Part shown: piece by piece, positions 10,070 to 20,087 of the stretch
Layout: every line of letters begins with the position of its first letter
Position numbering within the stretch: the stretch's first letter is position 1
Source: an uncultured delta proteobacterium
Lineage (GTDB): Bacteria; Myxococcota; Myxococcia; SLRQ01
Direction: 5' to 3'
Assembly (NCBI GenBank): GCA_963727485.1
Contig: CAVSGM010000011.1
Span: forward strand, 704,001 to 768,000
DNA length: 64,000 nucleotides
Notes under the pieces: generated by a model
The model's database searches: none
What the model saw: the letters and a program-made list of their open reading frames with translations, nothing else
What the model was told of the DNA's origin: nothing
Made by a program: the position numbers and the translations under genes

Positions 10070-11302
10070 ATGGACGCGCCGCTGCCCCGCCACCGCCATC
10101 TCTCCAGGGCCCTCGGCCGGGTCGCCTGCCTCGGCGCCGCCACCGTCGCCGTCCTCGCCCTGGTCGCCGGCGGCTGCGGGGGTGGCGGCACCATCACCAC
10201 CGGCAACGGTCAGGACGGCGGCGGTCTGGTGGACGACGGCGGCACCACCGGCTTCGACGCCGGGGGCTTCGGCGGCGACGCCGGCACCGTGGACGCCGGG
10301 GTCGCCGACGCCGGCGGCACCCCGGACGCGGGGACCCCCGACGCCGGGACCGTGGACGCGGGCACCCCCGACGCCGGCGGAGGCGGAGACGGCGGGGTCG
10401 TCGACGGCGGCTTCGGCGCCCCGAACCACGGCTACCCGAGCTGGCGCGAGCGGGCCTTCCTGGTGCTGGTCAACGCCGTCCGCATGGCCCCCACCGCCTG
10501 GCGCGACAAGTACATGACCGACCTCGCCGTGGCCCACGGGTCCATCCTCGCCCCGGCCAACTTCCCGCCCCAGCCGCCGCTCCACTTCTGGTTCGACCTC
10601 GCCCGGTCGGCCCGGGCCCACGCGGCGGACATGGCGACGGGCTGCGGCCTCCAGCACGACTCGTGCAACGGCACCAAGTGGACCGACCGGCTCAAGCAGT
10701 ACGACCCCTCGGCCACCTACCTCGGCGAGAACATCGCCGCCGGCGATCCGAACCCGCGGCGGATGCTCGACTTCCTCCTCTGCGACGCCCCGTCCAATGG
10801 CGCCCCCTGCTGCGGCGACACCGACACCAGCTGCAACGGGCACCGGGTCAACATCATGGACCCGAGTTTCACCGTGACCGGCACCGGCTACGCCCAGGGC
10901 ACCCAGAACGGGACCTACTTCTGGACCGAGGACCTCGCCGACAACGCGCCGCCGGACACCGGGCCCATCGTCGCCGGGAGCCACGCCCTCCTGCCCCCGC
11001 CGCAGCAGTACGTGGCGCCGGCGCTGGGCTTCTTCCTCAACTATGCCGATCCCGCCGGAGCGCCCCAGTCGGTGACCCTCTACTTCGCCGGCACCGCCCA
11101 TCCGATGACCGACGATCTGGGGCCGGCGGGGCAGGGGACCTGGGTGTGGTCCACGGGCACCGGCGGTAGCGGGGCCGCGTGCCGGCTCTATCACTTCGAG
11201 GCGGTGGACAGCGCGGGGCACACCTGGCGGTACCCGGAGACCGGGTCGTTCGTGACCGCGGGGATCGGGGCGTGCTCGGCGGACCAGGATTGGGTGCAGT
11301 AG
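10070..11302 (+). CDS. Secreted lipoprotein with low-complexity DAG/PDAG linker and CAP (SCP-like) domain
   Basis: Lipobox-like VAGGC, repeated DAG motifs, and CAP motifs LVNAVR, ARAHAADM, GENIAAG, GHRVNIM. Confidence 0.8.
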   Translation: MDAPLPRHRHLSRALGRVACLGAATVAVLALVAGGCGGGGTITTGNGQDGGGLVDDGGTTGFDAGGFGGDAGTVDAGVADAGGTPDAGTPDAGTVDAGTPDAGGGGDGGVVDGGFGAPNHGYPSWRERAFLVLVNAVRMAPTAWRDKYMTDLAVAHGSILAPANFPPQPPLHFWFDLARSARAHAADMATGCGLQHDSCNGTKWTDRLKQYDPSATYLGENIAAGDPNPRRMLDFLLCDAPSNGAPCCGDTDTSCNGHRVNIMDPSFTVTGTGYAQGTQNGTYFWTEDLADNAPPDTGPIVAGSHALLPPPQQYVAPALGFFLNYADPAGAPQSVTLYFAGTAHPMTDDLGPAGQGTWVWSTGTGGSGAACRLYHFEAVDSAGHTWRYPETGSFVTAGIGACSADQDWVQ

Positions 11303-11490
11303 CGCCGGTGCCGGCGACGTCACGACACGTCGCAGGCGAGGTGCTGCACCGCGGTGGGGGCGTTCGGGTCTGTTTCAGCGCGCCCGTTTGATCCAGCGCC
11401 AGAGACACACCGACTCTGGGCAGCCGTGCCACTCGGCGCCCGAACGCTTCCGGCGAGCACCCGTGTGAGCCCGGCCCCCCCGGGGTCGCC

Positions 11491-12186
11491 TCACCCCCCC
11501 GGCACCATGTGCAGCGCGATCGTGAACGCCGGCACCAGCACCGACCCCCCGGAGTTCTTCGGCAGGTCCACGGTCTGCCCGCCGTTCCAGTTGATCACGT
11601 ACGTGCCGTAGAACAGCGGATCCCACCGCAGCGTCGCGCCCATGGAGATCCAGGGCGCCAGGTACGCCTCGGCGCGCACCCCGGTGGTCACGATGAGCCC
11701 CCGCAGCGCCCGGTCCTGCCCCACGACGCCCCAGCCGGCGCCGACGAAGATCGACAGGTCCAACACCCGCATCTTGCCCCCGTGGACGAAGTTCCCCAGG
11801 GGATGCCAGGCGACGGTGAAGCTCGAGAGCCCGCCGCCGCCCCGGTTCGCCGAGCCGATGTTCCACCCGGTCCCGGTGAGCTCGAGCCCCAGGGTGAACA
11901 GGCCCTTGATGTCGTAGCCGATCCCCAGGGTCATGGCGAAGGCGTTCTTGGTCTCGCCGATCATCAGGGTAGGGATCTCGCCGGCGCGGTTGCCCACCTG
12001 CGGCTCCAGGGTCTTCGCCGAGAGCCGCCACATGGCGAAGCCGGGCTCGAGGCGGACGACCATCCCCTCGCCGGTGGCGGGCGGGGGGACGCCGGGGGTG
12101 GTCAGGGGGCCGTCGGCGAGCGCCGCGGCGGGGAGGGCGCAGGCGAGGGCGAGGACCAGGACGGTGCGGAGGATTGGGGCGCGCAT
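11491..12186 (-). CDS. Hypothetical exported protein, probable outer-membrane beta-barrel
   Basis: Signal peptide, alternating aromatic/Gly beta-strand pattern, host-like codon usage. Confidence 0.55.
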   Translation of the reverse strand: MRAPILRTVLVLALACALPAAALADGPLTTPGVPPPATGEGMVVRLEPGFAMWRLSAKTLEPQVGNRAGEIPTLMIGETKNAFAMTLGIGYDIKGLFTLGLELTGTGWNIGSANRGGGGLSSFTVAWHPLGNFVHGGKMRVLDLSIFVGAGWGVVGQDRALRGLIVTTGVRAEAYLAPWISMGATLRWDPLFYGTYVINWNGGQTVDLPKNSGGSVLVPAFTIALHMVPGG

Positions 12187-12270
12187 GACAGCAGCATACC
12201 TGCCCCATCGGGGACGTCACCCCCGGGATTGCGCCCCAGGCCTCCCGCCCGGGGTCCGGTCAGCGTCCGC

Positions 12271-13947
12271 TCAGCGCCCGGTGGCCACCGAGAGGACGTT
12301 CTCCATCCGCCCGCCGACCACCCGGGCGGTGAGGTCGAGCAGCGGCCCGCAGGCGGCGAGGCTCCCGGCGGCGAGGACCGCGAGGCCCCCGACCACCCCC
12401 CACGGGCCGCCGAGGATCCGGGCGCCCCAGGAGAGGAGGATGAGCGCGCCGGTGCCCATGCCCCCGAGGGCCAGGAGGCCGAAGCGCACCAGGGGGTGGG
12501 GGCCGCCGCGCTTGCTCATGGTGCCGAGCTTCGCCACGACCGGGAACACGGCGGAGGCGGCGGCCTGGACCGGGGCCAGGCCCGAGTAGACGACCACCCC
12601 GGCGAAGAGCGCGCCGAGCCACATCCACCACGGCGGCTGGAGGATGGGGAAGGTGAGGGCGAGGGTGGCGACCATCGCCACGGCGTAGGCAAGAGCGCCC
12701 CCGACAGCGGCGCCCCGGACGACGGTGGCGTCGTCGAGGGGCAGGAGGCGCTCGAGGACCAGGCCCTCGCCGAGGGCGGCGAGCTGGTTGCCGGTGATTG
12801 CCGAGAGGTTTCCGAGCGAGCCGACCACCGCCAGGGCGGCGATGAACAGGGGCCCGTACACGAAGCCGAAGGGGCCCCCGGTGGTGGCGGCTCCGGCCGC
12901 GAAGCGCGCCGCGCTGGCGAGGATGAGCGCGCCGAAGGCCGGGCCGACGAGGGCCAGGCGCCCCCGGGTGGTCCGGAGCACCAGGCGCAGGTGGACCCGG
13001 GCCACGGCGGCGGTCGCCGGCCGGCAGAAGGGGATGGGCCCGGGTAGGGGCGCGGCCTTGCCCCCGGTGGCGCGGGTGGACGGCGGCGGCGCCTCGAGGA
13101 GGCGGCGATGAATGCGGTCGGCGACGACGAAGACCAGGGCGGCGACGGCGACCAACAGGCCGAGCATCGCCGCGGCAAGGCCGAGGTCGCCGCGGATCGT
13201 CGCGCCCACCGCGGTGGCCCAGGCGGCGCCGGGATCGAGGGTGGCGAGCCAGGGCAGGGCCCTGTCCCAGGCCGCGTGGCCTCCGAGGACCGGCGCAAGG
13301 CGGTTCCCGAGCAGCGGCCCCATCGAGACCAGGGCCACGACGAACACCAGCGCGCCGATGCGCAGCCACCCCGAGAACCGGCGCCGGCGCATGACCCCCT
13401 CGGCGACCTGCTCGGCCAGGTCGCCGAGGGCCACCAGGAGGGCGAGGAAGACGAGCGACCCCACGGCTGCCACCACCCCGGCGGCGAGGCCCGGTCCCAG
13501 GGCGAGGATCATCCCGGTGGCGCCGACCAGGGCGGCGGCGGTGGCGAGCACCGGACCGCGCAGGGCCTGGTCGAGGAGGCGGAGGCCGTGGAGGACCCGG
13601 GCGGGGATTGGCTGCACCCGGAGCAGGATCTCCCGCTCGACCCCGTGGTCCCCCTCGCCGAAGAGGGGCCCGGTGACCATCAGGGCGAGCGGCAGGAGCA
13701 GCGCCAGCCCGAAGACCAGGGCGAAGAGCGGCACCGGGTGGTGGCGGGTGATGAGCATCCCGGTGACCACCGCGCCGGCGATCCCGGCGCCGAGGACGAT
13801 GGCCACCATCCCCAGGGCCAGCAGCGCCGGGATCAGGAGGCCCAGGACCCGGGAGATGGACTCGAAGCCGTCGTCGCCCTTGCGCTGGCGGACGGTGGCG
13901 AGGAGCAGGCGGAAGCGCAGCCGGAGGATGAGGCGGAGGTAGCGCAT
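12271..13947 (-). CDS. Putative ABC exporter permease (multi-TM)
   Basis: Many hydrophobic segments; start overlaps the stop of the upstream ABC ATPase. Confidence 0.7.
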   Translation of the reverse strand: MRYLRLILRLRFRLLLATVRQRKGDDGFESISRVLGLLIPALLALGMVAIVLGAGIAGAVVTGMLITRHHPVPLFALVFGLALLLPLALMVTGPLFGEGDHGVEREILLRVQPIPARVLHGLRLLDQALRGPVLATAAALVGATGMILALGPGLAAGVVAAVGSLVFLALLVALGDLAEQVAEGVMRRRRFSGWLRIGALVFVVALVSMGPLLGNRLAPVLGGHAAWDRALPWLATLDPGAAWATAVGATIRGDLGLAAAMLGLLVAVAALVFVVADRIHRRLLEAPPPSTRATGGKAAPLPGPIPFCRPATAAVARVHLRLVLRTTRGRLALVGPAFGALILASAARFAAGAATTGGPFGFVYGPLFIAALAVVGSLGNLSAITGNQLAALGEGLVLERLLPLDDATVVRGAAVGGALAYAVAMVATLALTFPILQPPWWMWLGALFAGVVVYSGLAPVQAAASAVFPVVAKLGTMSKRGGPHPLVRFGLLALGGMGTGALILLSWGARILGGPWGVVGGLAVLAAGSLAACGPLLDLTARVVGGRMENVLSVATGR

Positions 13948-14717
13948 CAGCCCACCAGCCATTCCAGGCCCTCGGCGCCCTCGTCGCCGGCGCCGACCCG
14001 GTCGAGGAAGAGGGACTCGAGGGTGCCCCCGGGGCTCTCGGCGCGCAGGGCCTCCAGGGGGCCCTGGGCCACGAGCTTGCCGTGGTCGAGGATGCCGATG
14101 TGGTCGGCGAGCTGCTCCACCACCGCCAGGACGTGGCTGGTGAGGAACACCGTGCCCCCGCCGGCGACGAAGCGCTCGAGGACCCGGCGGATGAGGCTCG
14201 AGGCCACCGCGTCCACCCCCTCGAAGGGCTCGTCGAGGATCAGCAGGCGCGGGGCGCCGATGAGGGCGGCGGCCAGGGCCAGCTTCTTGCGCATCCCGTG
14301 GGAGAGCTCGCTGACCCAGGTGCGGCCCGTGTCGGCGAGGTCCAGGAGCCCCAACAGCTCGGCGGAGCGCTGGCGGCCCGTCGCCCCGTCGAGGCCCCGC
14401 ACCGCGGCGACGAAGTCCAAGGTCTCCTGGGTGGTGAGGTGGTCGAGGAGGGCGTGGCCCTCGGGGACCACGCCGATGCGTCGCTTGACCCCCACCGGGT
14501 CGGCCAGCGGGTCGCTCCCGAGGATGCGGAGGGTGCCCTCGGAGGGGGCCAGCAGGCCCACCAGGCACTTGAGGGTGGTGGACTTCCCGGCGCCGTTGGG
14601 TCCGAGGAAGCCGTAGAAGCTCCCCACGGGCACGGCGAGGTCGAGGCCGTCGACGGCCTTGAAGTCCCCGAAGCGGCGGGTGAGGCCGCGGGTCTCGATG
14701 GCGATGGTATCGGTCAT
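13947..14717 (-). CDS. ABC transporter ATP-binding protein
   Basis: GPNGAGKST, LSHGMRKK, LILDEPF, SH motif. Confidence 0.93.
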   Translation of the reverse strand: MTDTIAIETRGLTRRFGDFKAVDGLDLAVPVGSFYGFLGPNGAGKSTTLKCLVGLLAPSEGTLRILGSDPLADPVGVKRRIGVVPEGHALLDHLTTQETLDFVAAVRGLDGATGRQRSAELLGLLDLADTGRTWVSELSHGMRKKLALAAALIGAPRLLILDEPFEGVDAVASSLIRRVLERFVAGGGTVFLTSHVLAVVEQLADHIGILDHGKLVAQGPLEALRAESPGGTLESLFLDRVGAGDEGAEGLEWLVG

Positions 14718-14758
14718 GGGCTTCGCGCGACGGCGCCCGGCGGCCTATCCTGACACCC

Positions 14759-15208
14759 ATGCGGGCCAGGACCCTGACCATCGTCGCCGTCGCCCTCCTG
14801 GCGGGGCTCGGAGTCTATCTCTTCACCGGGCCCCGGCACATGGACCCGAAGGCCCGCATCGTCTCCGCCCTCAACGACGCCGCGAGCGCCGCCGAGCGCC
14901 GGGACGTGTCCGGGGTGATGGCGGTGGTGGGGGACGACTTCCACGGCCACGGCCTCGACCGCCAGCAGCTCGGCGCCTACCTCTTCGCCGAGCTGCGCCG
15001 GGCCTCGTGGCGCAAGGTGAAGCTCATGGGCATCGACGTGGAGCTCACCTCGGACACCACCGCCGAGGTCCACACCCGGGCCCTCCTCATGGAGGGCTCG
15101 GGGATGCTGCCCAGCGGCGCCTCCCGGTACCAGCTCGCCCTCGGCATGAAGCGCGAGGGCGGCGACTGGAAGGTGGTCAGCGCCCAGTGGGCCCGCGTCA
15201 GCGGATGA
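14759..15208 (+). CDS. Hypothetical membrane-anchored protein, NTF2/SnoaL-like fold
   Basis: N-terminal TM, AERRDVSGVMAVVGDDF, C-terminal REGGDWKVVSA typical of NTF2-like proteins. Confidence 0.6.
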   Translation: MRARTLTIVAVALLAGLGVYLFTGPRHMDPKARIVSALNDAASAAERRDVSGVMAVVGDDFHGHGLDRQQLGAYLFAELRRASWRKVKLMGIDVELTSDTTAEVHTRALLMEGSGMLPSGASRYQLALGMKREGGDWKVVSAQWARVSG

Positions 15209-16877
15209 GGTCCCGGGACTCCTTGAGCCAGGGGCGCACCCACGACCGCTTGTGGTGGTGCTGGAGGCTCTTCGCCACCGCGCGCCGCAGGTCGTTCATC
15301 TTCCGGCGGCTGGCGTTGAGCGCGTGGTAGTACTTCAGCGCCTGGGCGAACTGGGGCACGGCGTCGTTGGGGTGGCCCTGGGTCATGTAGATCCAGCCCA
15401 TGGCCTCGTAGACCTCGGGGTAGGTCTCCCGGGCCTGCACCGCCTTGTTGAACATGTCGACGGCCTTGCCGTAGTCCTTGGCCTGCTGGTCGATGACGCC
15501 CATGCGGTAGTAGGCCTCGGCGGCGTCGGGGTTGAGCTTCACCGCCGCCTGGTAGCGCTTCATGGCGCCGTCGCTGTCGCCCTTCTTCACCAGGAGGTTG
15601 CCGTAGGCGATGAGGTAGTCGGCGTCCTTCTCCAGCTTGCTGCCCCAGAGGTTCATCACCTTGAGGGCCTGATTGGCCTGGCCGTCGTCGAGGAGGGTCA
15701 CCGCCGCCTGGTGGTACGCCCGGGGAGCGTAGGGGAAGGCGTCGAGACCCTTCTGGATCTCGGCGAAGGCGCTGCCCTGCTTGAGGTCGGCGAGCGCGAG
15801 GCCCTTGGCGAGGTGGGCGTCGGCGAGGTTCCCGTCGGCGGCGATGGCCTGGTCGGCGGCCTTCACCGCGTCGGCGGGCTTGCGCTGGTAGCGCAGGAGC
15901 TCGGAGCGCGCGGTCAGGGCCAGGGCCTTGAGCCGGGGCGAGAGCTGGTCCGCGGGCCGGGAGAGGACGTCCTTGAGGGCGCTGCGGGCGTCCTCGGTGA
16001 CCTTCCCCTGGGCGATGGCGACCCGGGTCTTGAGGACCCTGGTGCGCAGGTGGTCGGGGTTGGCGTCCAGCGCCTTCTTGATGAAGGTGCCGGCGTTGGC
16101 GTAGTCGCCGTCGTCGAAGTAGGTCCGGGCGCTCCAGTAGGCGTAGCGCGGGTCGGTCCACTCGGACTGCAGGGCGCGGCTGAAGGCGTCCCGGGCGTCC
16201 TTGATCTTGCCCTCGGCCCGCTGGGCGATGCCGAGGGAGCCGAAGATCGGCGACCCCATGCCGCCCTCGTTCACCACCCCCACCAGGACCTTCTCGGCGC
16301 CGGCGGCCTTGCCCTGACCCACGAGGATGAGGCCCCGGGCGGCGTAGCGCTCGGCCTTCTGGGCCTTGGCCTTGGCGGCGGCGTCGGTGTACTTCACCGC
16401 GTCGGCCTGGCGGCCCGCCTCGCCGTACTCGACCCAGAGCTCGGCGTCGGCGAGGCCGAGGGCCGAGAGGACGTAGGGGTCGCTGGCCTTGAGGGCGTAG
16501 GCCTGCTGGAGCAGGTCGGCGGCCTTCGTGAGGTTCTGGGGGTTGTCCTTGGCGAGCTGCGCCTTGGCCTTGGCCCCGAGATCCCGGACCGCCTCGTCGG
16601 TGTTGACGTGACGCCAGTAGAGGAAGAGGCCCGCGGCGAAGACCAGGGCCCACACCATGACGCTCAGGGCGGCCCGGCCGAAGGTCTCCCGGCGGCCGGA
16701 GTCGGTCCGCTGGAGGCCTTCGTAGAAGCCGTCTTCCTCGGTGCCAGGCGCGTCGGCCTCACCATTCAGGGTGCTCATCTCGGCACTGGCCTCTTCGGCG
16801 CCGGGAGCCGACAGGTCGGCTTCCCGTTGGGGGCTCGCCATGCCACCTCCGGAGTTCGTTGGATGCGCGTATCCCAA
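15198..16877 (-). CDS. Membrane-anchored tetratricopeptide-repeat protein
   Basis: One TM near the N-terminus, then many TPR-like repeats (e.g. NPDAAEAYYRMG); start may be 16841. Confidence 0.8.
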   Translation of the reverse strand: MGYAHPTNSGGGMASPQREADLSAPGAEEASAEMSTLNGEADAPGTEEDGFYEGLQRTDSGRRETFGRAALSVMVWALVFAAGLFLYWRHVNTDEAVRDLGAKAKAQLAKDNPQNLTKAADLLQQAYALKASDPYVLSALGLADAELWVEYGEAGRQADAVKYTDAAAKAKAQKAERYAARGLILVGQGKAAGAEKVLVGVVNEGGMGSPIFGSLGIAQRAEGKIKDARDAFSRALQSEWTDPRYAYWSARTYFDDGDYANAGTFIKKALDANPDHLRTRVLKTRVAIAQGKVTEDARSALKDVLSRPADQLSPRLKALALTARSELLRYQRKPADAVKAADQAIAADGNLADAHLAKGLALADLKQGSAFAEIQKGLDAFPYAPRAYHQAAVTLLDDGQANQALKVMNLWGSKLEKDADYLIAYGNLLVKKGDSDGAMKRYQAAVKLNPDAAEAYYRMGVIDQQAKDYGKAVDMFNKAVQARETYPEVYEAMGWIYMTQGHPNDAVPQFAQALKYYHALNASRRKMNDLRRAVAKSLQHHHKRSWVRPWLKESRDLIR

Positions 16878-16962
16878 GTAATATCGGGTACGTTGACGGT
16901 CCTGGGTACCAGAGGGCCCGAGCGGGTGTCAAGGCGCACCCAGGGGCCTCTGGTGATCGATA

Positions 16963-17892
16963 TCACGGGATTGCCGAGGCCACCCGGGCGGCGACATCCG
17001 TAAGGTCCCGGGCGCCGCCGACGGCCCCGGCGGCCCGGCCCGCGCCGAGGAACGGCACCGGGCCCAGGGTGTGGGTGCGAGTGCCCAGATTCTCCACGTT
17101 TCCGTGGTCGCTGATGACGAAGAGGGTGTCGGTCGGCCCCAGGGCGCCGGCGCAGGCGGCGAGCGCCCGCTGGACCTCGGAGACCCGGGCCCGGGCGGCG
17201 GCGTGGTCCCGTGCGTGGCCCGCCTTGTCGGTGAGGAAGTACTCGAAGAACGAGAGGTCGAAGCGCCTGGCGGCGGCGGCGAGGCGGCGGCCGGCCTCCT
17301 CGGGGGTCAGGGGCTCCGGGGGCAGGCCCCAGCGCGCGGCCCCGGCCCCGGTGAGGGAGTGGGGGAGGGCGTGGCCGGCGAGGACGTCCTCGAAGGTGTG
17401 GAAGGCGAGGCCGGCGGCCCGGGCGGCGACGGTGCTCGCCGGGGGGCGGGCGAGGCGCGCCGGGACGTGGACCTCGGGCTCGGGGAGGGTCCTCGGGCTC
17501 ACGGCACGGACCCCCAGGGCCTCGAGCCAGAACCTGGGGTAGGCGTTGAGGACGGCGACCCGGTGCCCGTCGGCGACCGCGCGCTTGAACAGGTTGTCGG
17601 CCTCGAGGAGGGCGATGAGCTTCTTGCCCGGGAAGCCGAGGCGGTGGCCGCCGAGGTGCGCCGCGGCGTTGACCCCGGTGAGGATGGCGGTGTGGCCGGT
17701 GGCGGACTGGGGGCGGCCGGCGACGCCGAGGGTGGCGTCCACCAGCTGGACCCGGGCGCCTTCCGGGAGCGGGCCCGGCGGGGTGCCGTCGGTGAAGTGG
17801 GCCAGGAGCCCGGGCTCGGCGGCCAGGGGGTTCACCGCCGGGTCGCCGACCCCGGCGCCGAGGCCGTCGACGAGGACCAGCAGGACGCTCAT
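16963..17892 (-). CDS. Alkaline-phosphatase-superfamily metalloenzyme (phosphoglycerate mutase/phosphopentomutase-like)
   Basis: LVLVDGLG, PQSATG (catalytic Ser), TDKAGH, SDHGN and HT metal-binding motifs; start overlaps the hydantoinase B stop. Confidence 0.8.
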   Translation of the reverse strand: MSVLLVLVDGLGAGVGDPAVNPLAAEPGLLAHFTDGTPPGPLPEGARVQLVDATLGVAGRPQSATGHTAILTGVNAAAHLGGHRLGFPGKKLIALLEADNLFKRAVADGHRVAVLNAYPRFWLEALGVRAVSPRTLPEPEVHVPARLARPPASTVAARAAGLAFHTFEDVLAGHALPHSLTGAGAARWGLPPEPLTPEEAGRRLAAAARRFDLSFFEYFLTDKAGHARDHAAARARVSEVQRALAACAGALGPTDTLFVISDHGNVENLGTRTHTLGPVPFLGAGRAAGAVGGARDLTDVAARVASAIP

Positions 17893-19446
17893 GACCTTCG
17901 GCCGTGGCCCCCGCCGCCGGGGGTGCCGACGACCAGGACGTCCCCGGGCTCGACCTCGAGGCGGACCTTCCCGGGCAGCTCGGTCTCGGTGCCGTCGGCC
18001 TTCAGGAGCCGGTCGTGGCCCCTGGCCCCGGGCTGGCCCCCGGCGAGGCCCGGCGGCGGGTGCCTCCGCCGCTCGCCGATGAGGGTCGCGGTGGCGGGCT
18101 CGAGGAACCGGTAGGCCCGGCTCACCCCGTCGCCGCCCCGGTGGGCCCCGGCGCCCCCGGTCCCCCGGCGCAGGCGGTACCAGGCGACCTGGAGGGGGTA
18201 GGCGTGCTCGAGGGCCTCCACCGGGGTGTTGAGGGTGTTGGTCATGTGGCTGTGGATCCCCGAGGCCCCGTCGAAGCCCGGGCCGGCGCCGGTGCCCCCG
18301 CCCACCGTCTCGTAGTAGGCCCAGGGCGCGGGATGCGGTGCCCCCGAGGGCGACGTTGTTCATGGTCCCCTGGCTGGCGGCGGGGATGCGGTCGGGGAGG
18401 GCCTTGGCGAAGGCCTGGAGGAGCACGTCGACGAGGCGCTGGCTGGTCTCCACGTTGCCGGCGGCGACCGGGGCGGGGTACCGGGCGTCGACCACGGTGC
18501 CGGGCCTCGTCCGCACGGTCACCGGCCGCATCATCCCGGTGGAGGCCGGGAGGTGCTCGGGGGCCAGGAGCCGGAGCACGTAGAGGACGGCGCTGACGGT
18601 GATGGCGCGGACGGCGTTCACCGGGCCCTCGACCTGGGGGTCGCTCCCGGTGAGGTCCACGGTGCACCCATCGCCGTCGACGGTGACGGCGACGCGCAGG
18701 GCGATGTCCTCGGTCCCGAGGCCGTCGTCGTCGAGGACGTCCTCGGCCTCGTAGCGCCCGTCGGGGATGGCGGCGAGGACCGCGCGCATCATCCGCTCGG
18801 CGTGATCGGTGAGCCCGGCCATGGCGCCGCGGACCTCGGCGGCGCCGTAGGTCCCGGCCAGCGCCTCGAGGCGCCGGGCCCCGAGGCGGCAGGCGGCGAG
18901 CTGGGCCTCGAGGTCCCCCTCGCGCTCCACCGGCGTGCGCACCCGGTCGAGGAAGCGCGCGCGGACGAGGTCGCGGTCGAGGATGCCGGCGGTGACGATC
19001 TTCTCCGGGGGCAGGCGTACCCCCTCGTCGTCGATGTGGCGCGAGAGGGGCATGGAGCCGGCGGCGGTGCCGCCCACGTCGGCGTGGTGCGCCCGGTTCA
19101 CCAGGTACCCGAGCACCTGGCCGTCCACGTAGAGAGGCTCGACCACCGTCAGGTCCGGCAGGTGGGTGCCGCCCCGGTACGGATCGTTCACCCAGGCGAC
19201 GTCGCCGGGGCCGAGCGCCACGTCCTCGAGGACCGCCGCCAGGGCCAGGGGCGTCGACCCCAGGTGGACCGGGATGTGGGCCGCGTGGGCGACCATCTCC
19301 CGGTCGGCGCCGAAGAGGGCGCAGGAGAAGTCCCGGCGCTCCTTGATGTTCGGGGAGAACGCGGCGCGCATGAGCACCGCGCCCATCTCCTCGGTGAGCG
19401 CCGCGAAGAGGTGGCGCCAGACCTCGAGGGCGACGGGGTCGTCCAT
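17889..19446 (-). CDS. Hydantoinase B / 5-oxoprolinase subunit; frameshift at ~18333
   Basis: AFSPNIKERRDFSCA, NDPYRGGTHLPD, HHADVGG, SQGTMNN; C-terminal YYETVGGG...HMTNT...TPGGGG in the adjacent frame. Confidence 0.92.
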
Positions 19447-19468
19447 CCGGGGCGCCGGCCCGCCGGGA

Positions 19469-19747
19469 TCAGCTGGCGACGGTGAAGCCCGAGCCCTTGA
19501 CGGCCTTCTTCAGGGCGTCGAGGTTCGTCTTCGCGTCGTCGTACTTGACCACCACGGTGCCCTTGTCGGTGGCGGCGGTGACCTTCTCCACGCCCTTGAC
19601 CTTCTTCAGGGCCTCGGCGGTGTGGGCGGAGCAGTGGGCGCAGTGCCAGCCCTTGACCTTCAGGGTGACCGAGGTGTCCTTGGCGAACGCCGAGGTGGAC
19701 AGCCCGAGGGCGAAGAGCACGGCGAGAACGGTAAACAGGCGCTTCAT
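19469..19747 (-). CDS. Exported heavy-metal-associated (HMA) domain protein (MerP/CopZ-like)
   Basis: Signal peptide, GWHCAHC metal-binding loop, C-terminal GF. Confidence 0.85.
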   Translation of the reverse strand: MKRLFTVLAVLFALGLSTSAFAKDTSVTLKVKGWHCAHCSAHTAEALKKVKGVEKVTAATDKGTVVVKYDDAKTNLDALKKAVKGSGFTVAS

Positions 19748-19811
19748 GAGTGGGTTCCTCCTGGGGCGGGGAGTCTAGAGCGCCGGCGCCCCGGAGGACA
19801 AGAGGCGGCGC

Positions 19812-20087
19812 CTACCCCGCGGGCTCGTCGTCGAGGGCCTGGTGGAGCTTGCCCAGGAGGTCCCGGCGGGCGGCGTCGTCGTCCGGGGCGTCGCCACCGA
19901 GGAGGCGCCGCAGGTCGCCGACGGTCACCCCGAAGGCGCCGCCGAAGCGCTCGCAGCGGTCGCAGCCGGCGAGGTGGGCGTCGATCCGCGCGCGCCGCGC
20001 GTCGTCGAGCTCGCCGTCGACGTAGGCCGAGAGGTCCACCAGGACCTCGCTGCACTTCAGGCCTGCGACCGCGTGATCATCCTTCAT
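19812..20087 (-). CDS. Zinc-finger (zf-HC2/ZAS) anti-sigma factor, soluble
   Basis: CSEV...LSAYVDGEL...HLAGCDRC; no TM segment. Confidence 0.85.
   Translation of the reverse strand: MKDDHAVAGLKCSEVLVDLSAYVDGELDDARRARIDAHLAGCDRCERFGGAFGVTVGDLRRLLGGDAPDDDAARRDLLGKLHQALDDEPAG

Noticed and set aside
11314..11333. Hairpin GCGACGT-N6-ACGTCGC after the CAP gene
   Set aside because: Short stem without a U-tract; not enough to call a terminator.
16963..19446. Apparent hydantoinase B-metalloenzyme fusion (827 aa); similar apparent fusions at 47105-48337 and 54747-56891
   Set aside because: Produced by single frameshifts; the missing C-termini are present in adjacent frames and the downstream genes have their own starts.
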